In this document: in pieces, positions 1-9,763 of the stretch
Position numbering within the stretch: position 1 is the stretch's first letter
Layout of the letters: every line of letters starts with the position of its first letter
Origin: an uncultured Clostridia bacterium
GTDB lineage: Bacteria; Bacillota; Clostridia; Oscillospirales; CAG-272
Length of the DNA stretch: 64,000 nt
Assembly (NCBI GenBank): GCA_947625805.1
Contig: CANQPT010000005.1
Location: 10,181 to 74,180 of the forward strand
Direction of reading: 5' to 3'
The notes under the pieces: generated by a model
What the model was told of the DNA's origin: nothing
Database searches by the model: none
What the model saw: the letters and a program-made list of their open reading frames with translations, nothing else
Translations under genes and position numbers: made by a program

Positions 1-12
1 CATTCGGTCACC

Positions 13-861
13 TCAAATTATATCGGCAAAATTGCCCTTCACCCTGCGGAAAAACCACAGCGCCAGCAAAAGAAATGCGTAACAGCCAAAAAACAGCGCC
101 GCGTATCCCAGCGGATCGGGAAGCAGGCCGTACATCAGCAGATTGCGCCCGCCCGAGACAAAATAGGTCAACGGATTGAACATCATAATATTCCGGAAAA
201 ACTCAGGGACCATAGACAGCGGATAAAAGACCGGCGTAAGATAGCCGAGGATCATGACCAAAAGAGAGATGGTTTGCTGCATATCCCGCACGAACACGCT
301 GACGGCGGAAACGATCCATGAAAGGCCGAGAATCAGAAACAGCATGGGGATCAGCAGGACGGGCAATAAGACAATCTTCCAATCAAACGATCCTAATACG
401 AAAATGCGTCCTACCACCGTAATGCCCACGCTGAAGGCAAGCGGAACAAGGGCCGCAACAATCTGCGATACCGACAAGATCTCCAGTGGGAAAACCACTT
501 TCTTGACGTAATTGACGTTGGACACGATGGCATAGGCCGAGCGGTTGACACACTCGGAAAAAAAATTATATAAGAGCAGACCCGCGAACAGGGCAAGGGC
601 GAACTCGGCCTGATTTTCCGTCTGCTGATTTTCCCATCTTGCGCGAAAAACCACACCGAACACAAAGGTGTAAACCACCAGCATGGTAAGCGGTGTGATC
701 AGATTCCAAAGAATACCGAGGTAGGAGCCTAAATATTTGCTCTTGACCTCCCGGCGAATCAGTTGTCTGAGCAGTCCGAAATTCTGCACACACACAAGCG
801 CAGGTGCGGCAAGAAAGAACAGAATTCTCTTGGGTACCGTTCTGTTTTCTGCTTTGCTCAT
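13..861 (-). CDS. ABC-2 type exporter permease (TagG/KpsM-like polysaccharide or teichoic-acid export)
   Basis: ORF 13..960. Multi-TM protein with an ABC-2 N-terminal motif (LIRREVKSKYLGSYLGILWNLITP). Start moved to ATG 861 (MSKAENR), which follows a GGAAAGGAAG RBS. A further minus-strand ATG sits at nt 3..1 after GAGGTG, probably the partner ATPase gene cut by the window edge. Confidence 0.8.
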   Translation of the reverse strand: MSKAENRTVPKRILFFLAAPALVCVQNFGLLRQLIRREVKSKYLGSYLGILWNLITPLTMLVVYTFVFGVVFRARWENQQTENQAEFALALFAGLLLYNFFSECVNRSAYAIVSNVNYVKKVVFPLEILSVSQIVAALVPLAFSVGITVVGRIFVLGSFDWKIVLLPVLLIPMLFLILGLSWIVSAVSVFVRDMQQTISLLVMILGYLTPVFYPLSMVPEFFRNIMMFNPLTYFVSGGRNLLMYGLLPDPLGYAALFFGCYAFLLLALWFFRRVKGNFADII

Positions 862-991
862 AAACTTCCTTTCCCGCGAAAATCGCGTACTTGATTGCAT
901 ATTCTTACATATTATACCACATTTTTTAACGCTCATCAATATATTGCCGGTATTTTTCACACCTTTTATTTTCCGTTTTTTGGTCTAAACT

Positions 992-1891
992 ATGTATATG
1001 ATACTTCTTTTTGCTGTTCTTACGCCGATATTGCTTTTGTTCCTATTTGGAGTATGCTGTTTTCTTTGTGTCAGTCTGCGCCGCACTCCCCGCGGCTTTC
1101 GGGCGGAATGCAAAGAAGCGTGCGAGCATGGGGTGCGCCTGCTTGCAGAACGGGCGTACACCGATCTGTATCTGACCGACGATCACAAGCGGCTGCATGC
1201 AAGGCTCTATCCGAATGGGCAGTCGGGGCGCTTTGTCCTGCTGCTCCACGGCTATCATTCCTCGCCCGAGCGCGATTTCGCGGCTCTTTTTCCATTTTAT
1301 CTGTCGCACGGATATGGGCTTATGCTGGTCGACCAACGCGCCCACGGACTCAGCGGCGGACGGTTTGTCACCTTTGGGATCAAGGAAGCCCATGACACCT
1401 GCGGCTGGTGTCGGCTGCTCGCCCGACGATTCCCCGGCTGTCAGATTTTACTGCACGGTGCGTCCATGGGCGGCACGACCGCACTTTTGTCCACCCGGCT
1501 GACCCTTCCCGAAAATGTCGTCGGGATCGTGGATGACTGCGGTTACGACCGACCGTTTGATCAACTGGTCTATGCGGCAAAGCGCAAGTATCACCTGCCC
1601 CGCGCCGCAGTTTGTCTTGTCGATCTTTTTTTCCGCCTGTTCATCCGCGCCTCCCTGCGCTCCCCCTCCGCCGCCGGCGCGGCGGCGGACTGCTCCCTGC
1701 CCAAGCTGTTCTTTCACGGGAAAAAAGACAGTCTTGTCCCGTATCAAAGCGGGATGCGCGTTTTCGGGCGCGCCGCCCCACCGAAGCGTTTTGTATCGAT
1801 AGAGCAAGCGGACCACGTTCTGTGCCACACGGCCGACCGGGAGAAATATGAACGGGAACTTGCAGTCTTCGTCAGGCAAATTTTGGATTGA
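992..1891 (+). CDS. alpha/beta hydrolase with N-terminal membrane anchor
   Basis: Hydrophobic N-terminus, HGYHSS oxyanion-type motif, nucleophile elbow GASMGG, and late D and H residues (KKDSLVP, ADHV). Confidence 0.8.
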   Translation: MYMILLFAVLTPILLLFLFGVCCFLCVSLRRTPRGFRAECKEACEHGVRLLAERAYTDLYLTDDHKRLHARLYPNGQSGRFVLLLHGYHSSPERDFAALFPFYLSHGYGLMLVDQRAHGLSGGRFVTFGIKEAHDTCGWCRLLARRFPGCQILLHGASMGGTTALLSTRLTLPENVVGIVDDCGYDRPFDQLVYAAKRKYHLPRAAVCLVDLFFRLFIRASLRSPSAAGAAADCSLPKLFFHGKKDSLVPYQSGMRVFGRAAPPKRFVSIEQADHVLCHTADREKYERELAVFVRQILD

Positions 1892-1916
1892 TTTTTGCAA
1901 ATCCTGCCTGTGCGCC

Positions 1917-1946
1917 TTGACTTTGGAAGCAAAATCGGTGTATAAT
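1917..1946 (+). promoter_or_regulatory. sigma-A type promoter upstream of proS
   Basis: TTGACT (1917-1922), 18-nt spacer ending in TG, TATAAT (1941-1946). Lies about 50 nt upstream of the proS ATG. Confidence 0.55.
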
Positions 1947-1994
1947 AATAGATATGTAATAATATAAGAACAACCCCGAAAGGAACAGACAAAT

Positions 1995-3713
1995 ATGAAA
2001 GTTTCCGCTATGCTCGGTCAGCGCTTTAAGCAGGCGCCCTCCGACTGTGTGATCGAAAGCCACGCGCTGATGACGCGCGGCGGCTATATCAAGTATATGG
2101 CAAACGGTATCTATTCTCTCTATATGCCGGGAAAGCGCATCATGCGCAAGATCGAAAACATCATCCGTGAGGAAATGGATGCCATCGGCGGACAGGAGGT
2201 GCTCTTCCCCGTCGTCATGCCTGCAGCCCTTTGGGAGCAGAGCGGCAGATACTATTCGATCGGAAGCGAGATGGCACGGTGGACCGACAGAGGCGGCAAC
2301 CCGATGGTGTTGGGCATGACCCACGAGGAAGCGGCGGTGCACTTAGCCAAGGACACGGCTATCTCCTATGCGGATTACCCCTTCATGATTTATCAGATTC
2401 AAACCAAGTTCCGCGATGAGCCCCGCGCCCGCGGAGGTTTGATCCGGGTGCGAGAGTTTACCATGAAGGACGCCTATTCTTTCCACACTTCGCAGGAGGA
2501 TCTAGAAGCATTCTACCGGCGATGCTTTGACGCTTACAATCGCATCTTCCGTCGGGCAGGCTGTAAAAATTACATGGATTTCAAGAGCGACTCCGGCATT
2601 TTCGGCGGCAACCTCTCGCACGAGTTCATGCTGCTGACCGAGATCGGAGAGGACACGCTGGCCGTTTGCCCCGAGTGCGGGTACCGCGCCAATATGGAGG
2701 CGGCCGAATACATCGCACAAAACGCTCCGGGGCAGGCAGCGCCTCTTGAAAAGATACATACCCCCGACTGCTCCACCATTGAAGCACTGGCAAACTTCCT
2801 CGGCACAGATACCAAATCTTTCGGCAAGGCCGTGGTCTATCAGCGTGAGGATAACGACGGATATATCGTCGTATTCATTCGGGGAGACTTAGACGTCAAC
2901 GAAACTAAACTGCGTAATCTGGTGGGCTGTGAACTGCGTCCGGCGGTCATCACCGAGGAATGCGGCATCGTGGCAGGCTTTATCGGCCCGGTGGGTCTGA
3001 CCCCCAACGCTCAGGTCGTCGTAGATCGCTCGCTTGAAGGCATTGAAGCAATGGTCTGCGGCGCAAACCAAGTGGATTATCACTATAAGAACATCAATCT
3101 CGCCCGCGACGTGGGGCTGGTCACCTATCACGACGTGGCCAAGATCTGCGAGGGCGCCGTCTGCCCGGGCTGCGGCAGACCGATCATCACCATCAAAAAA
3201 GGCATTGAGATCGGAAATATCTTCCAGTTGGGGACAAAATACACCGAGGGACTGAACATGACCTACACCGACAAAGACGGCACGGTCAAGCACCCGATCA
3301 TGGGTTGTTACGGCATCGGAGTCGGCAGGCTGTGCGCTTCCATCTGTCAGGAGAGTCACGACGATTACGGCCCGATCTGGCCGATCTCCATCGCCCCCTG
3401 GCAGATTGAGATCTGCAACCTCCGCGCGGACGATGAGCAGGTAAACAAGACCGCCGCCGAACTGTATGAGCAGTTACAGGCGGCGGGCGCAGAGGTGCTT
3501 TACGATGACCGGGATATTCGCCCGGGCGCCATGTTTGCCGACGCAGACCTGTTCGGTATCCCGATCCGGGTCGTGGTCAGCCCCAAGACCTGCGAGCGCG
3601 GCGTGATCGAACTGTCTACCCGCGACAAATCCTACCGCGAGGACATTCCCGCCGCCGACGGTCTGAGTGCCGTCCTCGCCCTGCGCAACAGGTTGATGGC
3701 GGAATACAAATAA
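1995..3713 (+). CDS. proS: proline--tRNA ligase (bacterial type with INS editing domain)
   Basis: 572 aa. Class II motifs (FRDEPRARGGLIRVREFTMKDAYSF), the internal editing insertion and a C-terminal anticodon-binding domain are all recognisable. Confidence 0.97.
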   Translation: MKVSAMLGQRFKQAPSDCVIESHALMTRGGYIKYMANGIYSLYMPGKRIMRKIENIIREEMDAIGGQEVLFPVVMPAALWEQSGRYYSIGSEMARWTDRGGNPMVLGMTHEEAAVHLAKDTAISYADYPFMIYQIQTKFRDEPRARGGLIRVREFTMKDAYSFHTSQEDLEAFYRRCFDAYNRIFRRAGCKNYMDFKSDSGIFGGNLSHEFMLLTEIGEDTLAVCPECGYRANMEAAEYIAQNAPGQAAPLEKIHTPDCSTIEALANFLGTDTKSFGKAVVYQREDNDGYIVVFIRGDLDVNETKLRNLVGCELRPAVITEECGIVAGFIGPVGLTPNAQVVVDRSLEGIEAMVCGANQVDYHYKNINLARDVGLVTYHDVAKICEGAVCPGCGRPIITIKKGIEIGNIFQLGTKYTEGLNMTYTDKDGTVKHPIMGCYGIGVGRLCASICQESHDDYGPIWPISIAPWQIEICNLRADDEQVNKTAAELYEQLQAAGAEVLYDDRDIRPGAMFADADLFGIPIRVVVSPKTCERGVIELSTRDKSYREDIPAADGLSAVLALRNRLMAEYK

Positions 3714-3848
3714 GGTTTTTGCCTTTCCGAAAGAGTGCTTTGCAAAAAGCGCTCTTTTTCTTTTGTAAAAACAATGGTGCAACCTGCACAATTTCATAAC
3801 AAAATAAATGACATATTTCACAAATTTTTGGTTTTTTGTAAGATATTA

Positions 3849-3877
3849 TTGACATTTATCCCGATATATTTTATAAT
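3849..3877 (+). promoter_or_regulatory. consensus sigma-A promoter
   Basis: TTGACA (3849-3854), 17-nt spacer, TATAAT (3872-3877). Confidence 0.7.
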
Positions 3878-3899
3878 ATGTCACACGGAGGACGTACCG

Positions 3900-4097
3900 G
3901 TGAAGAACAAACGATTAAAGATCGCACGGATCGAGTGCGATATGAAACAGGAAGATCTGGCCAAAGCCGTAGGCGTGACACGCCAGACCATCGGTTTGAT
4001 CGAAGCCGGGAAATACAACCCGTCGCTCAAGATCTGCATCGCCATTTGCAGGGCGCTTAACCGTACACTCAATGATCTTTTCTGGGAGGAAAACTAA
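3900..4097 (+). CDS. small XRE/Cro-CI family HTH transcriptional regulator
   Basis: In frame with ORF 3735..4097. GTG 3900 follows GGAGGA (3886-3891). Sequence VKNKRLKIARIECDMKQEDLAKAVGVTRQTIGLIEAGKYNPSL is a typical 65-aa HTH_XRE protein. Confidence 0.85.
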   Translation: MKNKRLKIARIECDMKQEDLAKAVGVTRQTIGLIEAGKYNPSLKICIAICRALNRTLNDLFWEEN

Positions 4098-4099
4098 AA

Positions 4100-4534
4100 A
4101 TGCAGACTACGCGCTCGATCACCCATATCCGCACGGAAACAGCACCGCACACCATACGCACGGAGTCGCGCTCTGCACGCAGTACCGCCCGCTCCACGTC
4201 CCTCTACCGGCATTTGGCAGGGCGGATCCTGCGCCGTCTGCGCTTTCAGTTGGCTTTTTACGTGTTTGCCTTCTATCTTCTGCCCGTGATGCTCCCATCA
4301 TCAGGTATGCTTCTGCTGACGCTGGTCTATCCTGCGCTTTGCTTTGTGCTCAGTACCTTGTACGGAATGCGTTACGGATTTATCAGTCATTATCTGGCTG
4401 TGCCGATTATTGTTTTCCTGCCCGCTTCCCTGCTGGCTTTCAAGGCATATTCTTTCCTGTATGCGCTCTGCTATCTGCTGATCAGCTGCATTGCGCTGAC
4501 GTTCGGCGCCCTTTACCGTCAAATGAGCAAATAA
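4100..4534 (+). CDS. hypothetical integral membrane protein coupled to the XRE regulator
   Basis: ATG lies 2 nt after the regulator's TAA. About 4 hydrophobic helices after a basic N-terminus. No family recognised. Confidence 0.6.
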   Translation: MQTTRSITHIRTETAPHTIRTESRSARSTARSTSLYRHLAGRILRRLRFQLAFYVFAFYLLPVMLPSSGMLLLTLVYPALCFVLSTLYGMRYGFISHYLAVPIIVFLPASLLAFKAYSFLYALCYLLISCIALTFGALYRQMSK

Positions 4535-4621
4535 GATATTTCAACTTTTCCAAAATATACTTGACGAAAGGCCGTCGATTGTGTAAAATAAGAGCAGACA
4601 TCGAATATGGAGGACAAAAAA

Positions 4622-5359
4622 ATGAAAAAAACAATTTTATTTCTTTGCATGGCTTTGGTGCTCGTATTGTGTTGCTCCTGCAGCGAAACCATTGAAACCG
4701 ATCCGGGAGAAGCAAACGGGCTCGGTCCTTTAGACCGGGTATCCGCACCCACGTCGCCGTCCTCGATCCCCGAGGTCGACACGTCCGGTATCAGCGCCGG
4801 GCAATTCTCTGATCCCACGGACCCCTCGTCCGACGTTTCCAAGCCGACCGATTCAAATATCAGTTTTGATCCGTCGGGCGCTACCACGTCGCCCGATCCG
4901 AATGAAGATGAAAACGAGCAACTCGCGCTCACCACACCCGTGTCCGGTTATCCGTCCAACAAGGTCTACTCCAAGGACGGCGACCAGATCGATACAAGCG
5001 TATCCGGCAACACACGCATCTACCGCGTTAAGTATGCAGAAACCCTTTCTATGATCGTGGAGGTCACGCCGACCGATGGCGGCAATGTCGTGGTGGATCT
5101 GTACTTAGAGCACTATGCGCTCAGCATGAATCCCGGTAAGCCGATTGAGATCGCCATCGGATCGCATTCCGCAACCGCCCTTTCCCCCAAGGTGGAATGG
5201 GAAAACAACACCCCCGCACGTACGCTGCTCATGTCGGCATCTGCTTCTGCAGATCAGGCGGACAGCGTTACCGTTTCGGTCACTATGCCCTACGGCGGCT
5301 CCTATCACGGCGAAACCATCGACGTCATGTCCTTTACCGAAACGGTATTCTTAAAATAA
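4622..5359 (+). CDS. lipoprotein of unknown function (S/P/D/T-rich linker plus beta-rich domain)
   Basis: GGAGGA RBS 7 nt before ATG 4622. Signal peptide MKKTILFLCMALVLVLCCSC with a lipobox-like LCC/SC, followed by a low-complexity linker. Confidence 0.75.
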   Translation: MKKTILFLCMALVLVLCCSCSETIETDPGEANGLGPLDRVSAPTSPSSIPEVDTSGISAGQFSDPTDPSSDVSKPTDSNISFDPSGATTSPDPNEDENEQLALTTPVSGYPSNKVYSKDGDQIDTSVSGNTRIYRVKYAETLSMIVEVTPTDGGNVVVDLYLEHYALSMNPGKPIEIAIGSHSATALSPKVEWENNTPARTLLMSASASADQADSVTVSVTMPYGGSYHGETIDVMSFTETVFLK

Positions 5360-5375
5360 ACGCACAGCAAATCGA

Positions 5376-5420
5376 GTGAAATGCACCCCAAAAGTTAGAG
5401 ACTTTTGGGGTGCATTTCAC
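5376..5420 (+). terminator. intrinsic terminator (20-bp perfect stem)
   Basis: GTGAAATGCACCCCAAAAGT / loop TAGAG / ACTTTTGGGGTGCATTTCAC, followed by T-rich sequence. Confidence 0.85.
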
Positions 5421-5484
5421 TTCTGTGCTGTTTTTCTTTCTGCCAAAAAATGCGCAATATGTTTCTTAAAATCAAACCAAAATC

Positions 5485-5513
5485 TTGCTTTTTCTCCGAA
5501 TTTATGATATAAT
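5485..5513 (+). promoter_or_regulatory. sigma-A promoter with extended -10
   Basis: TTGCTT (5485-5490), 17-nt spacer, TGaTATAAT (TATAAT at 5508-5513). Implies a 5' UTR of about 140 nt before ATG 5663. Confidence 0.6.
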
Positions 5514-5662
5514 GATTAAAATCAAATACAGATAATCAACGACACATGTGGCATCTTTGCGGTGCGTAAATCTGATCACGGTACGGATTTTTGTTGCATG
5601 TGTTTTTATTTTCAGCACATGCACGGCGTGTGCTTTTTTGTTTATCGAAAAGGAGAAATTTT

Positions 5663-6247
5663 ATGCCGAAAAATCAATTTCAAAGAATGGTCTTTGCCTT
5701 TATTACAGTCGTAATAACCGTCCACGCTTATGTGTTTTACAGCCTTTATGTCATTCACGGCCGTATGTTTACGGAACTTACCGGGGAGGCGGGCGTGATC
5801 GCCGCCATCAACAAAATGGGCGGTGTTCCCGTATTCGGAACACCCCTGCCGATTTGGGCGATTATCCTGATCGAGTTTGTGCTCGCTTACACCCTTGAAG
5901 TTCTGATAGGCTCGCCCCTTTCCTTCAGGTTTGCCTGCAAGAATTTTGACCCGCGCACGACCCATCCCGTGCTTTTTGAAACAGCAATTATATGTGCGAC
6001 GGTCGGCATTATGTGCCCTGCGATGAGTTTTATCGCCGCTTTTCTTTACTATAACTATCAAGCGGGCTTTCATATGTGGACCTTGCTTGCAGATTGGCTC
6101 AGGTTGGTTTGTTTCAATTTCCCGTTCGCATTCTTTACGCAGTTGTTTTTCATCCAGCCGTTTGTCAGAACAGTGTTCAAGACTGTTTTTGCAAAAGATA
6201 TTAGGGCAGGAACCGTAGAAACAGAAGAACAAACTGCCGCAGTATAA
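5663..6247 (+). CDS. integral membrane protein, possibly DUF2798-like
   Basis: AAGGAGA RBS before ATG 5663 (MPKNQFQRMVFAFITVV). Two similar hydrophobic halves. The family assignment is from memory only. Confidence 0.6.
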   Translation: MPKNQFQRMVFAFITVVITVHAYVFYSLYVIHGRMFTELTGEAGVIAAINKMGGVPVFGTPLPIWAIILIEFVLAYTLEVLIGSPLSFRFACKNFDPRTTHPVLFETAIICATVGIMCPAMSFIAAFLYYNYQAGFHMWTLLADWLRLVCFNFPFAFFTQLFFIQPFVRTVFKTVFAKDIRAGTVETEEQTAAV

Positions 6248-6315
6248 AGTTTTGTGCAAAATGCCCTTTGCAATTTTGAGGAAAAAGTGATATACTACGG
6301 GTAGTGTGTAGCTTG

Positions 6316-6354
6316 AAAGGCGTAAGTCCAGCTTTTGGACTTACGCCTTTTTTG
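6316..6354 (+). terminator. intrinsic terminator
   Basis: GGCGTAAGTCCA / loop / TGGACTTACGCC followed by TTTTTT. Confidence 0.85.
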
Positions 6355-6373
6355 TAAATTGGAGGAAATCAAT

Positions 6374-7786
6374 ATGGAACAAAACAATCAATCCTGCCTT
6401 GCGACGGAAAAGATAGGCAAACTAATGGGCAAATACGCGGTACCCTGTATCATTTCGCTTCTGGTCGGCGCTCTTTACAACATTGTCGATCAGATCTTTA
6501 TTGCAAACGCCGACTATCTTGGCTCCTACGGCAATGCGGCAAATACCGTCGTTTTCCCCTTGACGGTCGTTGCCCTTGCCATAGCCGTTATGATCGGTGA
6601 CGGCTGCTGCGCATTTGTCAGCCTGAGCCTCGGTAGAAATAAGCCCGATGACGCTTCCCGCAGTATGGGCAATGCAATACTCCTGACGGTTATCGCAAGC
6701 ATTGTACTGACCGCGATTTATCTTCTGTTCAGTAAACAGATCGTCGCTATGTTCGGCGGCACGGTCAACGAAGAAACCTTTCACCATTCGAAAGAATACT
6801 TCTTTTGGATCTCGCTGGGTATCCCGTTCTATATGTTCGGGCAGGCGATGAATCCCGTGATCCGCGCGGACGGCAGTCCGAAATTTGCAATGGAATCGAC
6901 CCTTGCGGGTGCGATCATCAACATCATTCTTGATCCGATCTTCATTTTTGTTTTCAAATGGGGCATGATGGGTGCTGCAGTCTCCACGGTGATCGGTCAG
7001 ATCGCAACCGCCGTGCTGGCAATATGGTATCTCTGCCACACAAAGGTAATAAATCTTTCAAAAGAAGATTTCAAACTGAAAGCAAAAATCCTCTGCCCGA
7101 CATTGGCACTCGGTATATGCAGTTTCTTATCGCAGATTTCGCTTGTAGCGGCAATGGCGGCGATCAACAATATGATTCGTAAATACGGCGCACTGGACGC
7201 AGTCTTTGGCGAAGAACAATATGCGCAGATTCCGATGGCGGTTGTCGGCATCGTGATGAAGTTCTTCCAGATCGTTATTTCCATCGTCGTCGGTATGGCG
7301 GCAGGCTGTATTCCCATCGTCGGATTCAATATGGGAGCAGGACTGAACGACCGGGTAAAGAAACTGTTTACGGGGCTGCTCATTGCAGAGGCCTGCGTCG
7401 GTGCTGCGGCACTGCTGATCGTCGAGTTTTTACCGATGCGGCTGATCGGAATTTTCGGAGCAGCAAATGAGAGCATATACTACACGGACTTTGCCGTAAA
7501 AGCATTCCGCATTTATCTTTGTATGATAGTATTCGCCTGTATCAATAAAGCGGCGTTTATTTTCTTGCAGGCAATGGGAAAGGCCGCCGTCTCAAGTATG
7601 CTTTCCATGGTGCGTGAGATTATATTCGGTGTGGGTTTTGCACTTCTCTTGCCGGTTTTCTTCGGACTGGACGGCGTTTTGTATTCGATGCCGGTATCCG
7701 ATATTCTTACGGCGGTTATTTCAGGTATAGTAATCGTGATGACTTATAGGCAGTTGAAGCAAAATGACGCCATGACAAACAGGTAA
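6374..7786 (+). CDS. MATE family efflux transporter
   Basis: GGAGGAAATCAAT ATG. 12-TM protein with a typical MATE N-terminus (KIGKLMGKYAVPCIISLLVGALYNIVDQIFI). Confidence 0.9.
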   Translation: MEQNNQSCLATEKIGKLMGKYAVPCIISLLVGALYNIVDQIFIANADYLGSYGNAANTVVFPLTVVALAIAVMIGDGCCAFVSLSLGRNKPDDASRSMGNAILLTVIASIVLTAIYLLFSKQIVAMFGGTVNEETFHHSKEYFFWISLGIPFYMFGQAMNPVIRADGSPKFAMESTLAGAIINIILDPIFIFVFKWGMMGAAVSTVIGQIATAVLAIWYLCHTKVINLSKEDFKLKAKILCPTLALGICSFLSQISLVAAMAAINNMIRKYGALDAVFGEEQYAQIPMAVVGIVMKFFQIVISIVVGMAAGCIPIVGFNMGAGLNDRVKKLFTGLLIAEACVGAAALLIVEFLPMRLIGIFGAANESIYYTDFAVKAFRIYLCMIVFACINKAAFIFLQAMGKAAVSSMLSMVREIIFGVGFALLLPVFFGLDGVLYSMPVSDILTAVISGIVIVMTYRQLKQNDAMTNR

Positions 7787-7913
7787 AAACAGCATACATA
7801 CAGGAAAAAGAAAAGGCGGTGTATCCCCTTATAGGGTGTGCACCGTCTTTCACAGTATAGGAAATCACCGATCCGGCACTCTGACACGACTTGTTCTTCC
7901 GCTTTTTTCTTGA

Positions 7914-9755
7914 TTATCCCCGGGCGACACTGCAGTAGGACAGCAACTGCTCAGGCGTAGTTTTCTCATACACAAACCGCCGATGCATACCGTAAAGGCT
8001 CTGGGGTACTCCCTTGAGCACTACGTTGGCGCCCGGTTCGGTGGTAAAGGTAACTGCAATGCCGCTTTGCGCGACCACGGTGGCGGCAAGCTCGGAATAT
8101 GCGCCCCGCGGATAGGCCAAGGCGATGGGTTCCTTTCCTGAAATGCCCGCAATCTGCTCATCTGCTGCTTTCAGATCGCTCTTTAGCAGATCGATATATG
8201 CCTGTTCGTCTTCCCCCTCGAACTGCAGCATATCAATACGCGCCCGCCCCTCCTCATAGGCCGAGCTTTGGTGCATATCATAACTATGGGTCTGGAAAGA
8301 GATCAGGCCGGAGGCAGCCATGGTTTTCATCTGCCGGTCGGTAAGGTGCGGTGTGATCGGATAATCGGTTCCCTTATAGGTCTTGTTTCCCACCTGGACG
8401 CCAATCACGAAAACGGTCGCCTGCATATGATACTTTTTCAAGACGGGAAAGGCATACGTGTAATTATCCTGATAGCCGTCGTCAAAGGTGATCAGGATCG
8501 GCTTCTCCGGCAAAGGCTCACCCGACCGGACATAGTCCTGCACCTGCTCAAGGGAAACTGCGGTATAGCCCCCTGCGGAAAGCGCGGCGATCTGTTGCTC
8601 GAACGTTTCGGGAGAAACCACCATGCCGTTTCCGTTGTCCCCCTCCGGCGAAATGCTGTGGTAAAGCAGGGTCGGCACCACAGCGCTGACGTCGGTTTCT
8701 TCCGCCGGCCCGCTTTGATAGATTGCATCGATATGTGCCTCTGCATTGCCCGGTGTGACAAGGACGCCGAAATCCTCCGGCACATAGACCGTATGATCCG
8801 AGAAGATACGCGCCAGCGCCATATCGCCCACACAATTGCGGAAATGCGTTTGGTCGTAAAAATATCGCATCTCATAACTGACCGAACTCATAGAGAAATC
8901 CCAGAAAGGGGTCACAGCGGCGATCTCGCTGTAAAAGCGCCGCACGTCCTCCCGCCGAAAGCAATGAAAATACTCGTAATAGACCGGTGCGCATACCACC
9001 ACCAAATTGACCTCATGCTGATCGCACAATGCCTTGATACGAGCAAGACTGCCCACGGTATCGTCGATATGGGTCATGACCGGATGAATGGTAGGATAAT
9101 TCCCGAAAACGGGATAGGCCTCTAAATAGGACTCGGTATCCGAGATATGCTCCACGTCCCGTGCCCGTTTGTCGTAGGTTCCGTCCTGCGGGTTGAAAGC
9201 GTCAAAACTCTGCTTGAGATATGTGTCGGAGGAGGCGCTCATCAGTTTATCGATGGCATACTTGGGCTTTGCGTACAAATAGCGCAGATAATACGAAAGA
9301 AGATTGCTCCCCTCGGTCTTTGCGTGCTGAGAATAGGTCATCTCGTCGGACTCTTGGTCATAGTGCAGGCCGTTGTCGATATAGACGTTGACCACAAGGT
9401 TTTTGCACTCGTAGTTTTCGATGATATACCGGCTCTCGCATTCCACGTCGTACATATCCGCACCGTACATGATCATGTTGAAAAAGCGGGCGTCAAAATA
9501 GCGGTTGAGCGCCTCTGTGGGATAAGAACTGGTGGAAGAACAGCCGATGATATAGGAATCATACTCATCGTGGTGAGCGTCCAACCATGCAATTTTGGAC
9601 GAGCGGGGATTTTGGGTCATGTCATAGGCATACCAGTTCATAAAACGGTCGCCGAACAAACCGAACGGATCCACCGCCCAGTTGAAAGCCCCGAGGGAAA
9701 GTATGAGCACCAGTAGGGTCAGCACAAAGCAAACCAACCATTTTTTTGCAGACAA
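7914..9755 (-). CDS. fusion protein: DltD-like SGNH-type N-terminal domain plus NodB-type polysaccharide deacetylase C-terminal domain
   Basis: TTG start 9755 after GAGG. N-terminal TM anchor. DltD-like GCSS and DQTH motifs. C-terminal NodB motifs ITFDDGYQDN and HSYDMH. Confidence 0.8.
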   Translation of the reverse strand: MSAKKWLVCFVLTLLVLILSLGAFNWAVDPFGLFGDRFMNWYAYDMTQNPRSSKIAWLDAHHDEYDSYIIGCSSTSSYPTEALNRYFDARFFNMIMYGADMYDVECESRYIIENYECKNLVVNVYIDNGLHYDQESDEMTYSQHAKTEGSNLLSYYLRYLYAKPKYAIDKLMSASSDTYLKQSFDAFNPQDGTYDKRARDVEHISDTESYLEAYPVFGNYPTIHPVMTHIDDTVGSLARIKALCDQHEVNLVVVCAPVYYEYFHCFRREDVRRFYSEIAAVTPFWDFSMSSVSYEMRYFYDQTHFRNCVGDMALARIFSDHTVYVPEDFGVLVTPGNAEAHIDAIYQSGPAEETDVSAVVPTLLYHSISPEGDNGNGMVVSPETFEQQIAALSAGGYTAVSLEQVQDYVRSGEPLPEKPILITFDDGYQDNYTYAFPVLKKYHMQATVFVIGVQVGNKTYKGTDYPITPHLTDRQMKTMAASGLISFQTHSYDMHQSSAYEEGRARIDMLQFEGEDEQAYIDLLKSDLKAADEQIAGISGKEPIALAYPRGAYSELAATVVAQSGIAVTFTTEPGANVVLKGVPQSLYGMHRRFVYEKTTPEQLLSYCSVARG

Positions 9756-9763
9756 AGTATACC

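Noticed and set aside
1892-1994. Possible T-box or other leader upstream of proS
   Set aside because: The promoter leaves only about 45 nt of 5' UTR. There is no T-box sequence and no terminator hairpin.
4072-4695. 207-aa plus-strand ORF overlapping the membrane-protein gene
   Set aside because: It is an alternative frame of 4100..4534. It lacks an RBS, overlaps the XRE gene's end and runs into the lipoprotein gene. The 144-aa frame gives clean TM helices and a coupled start.
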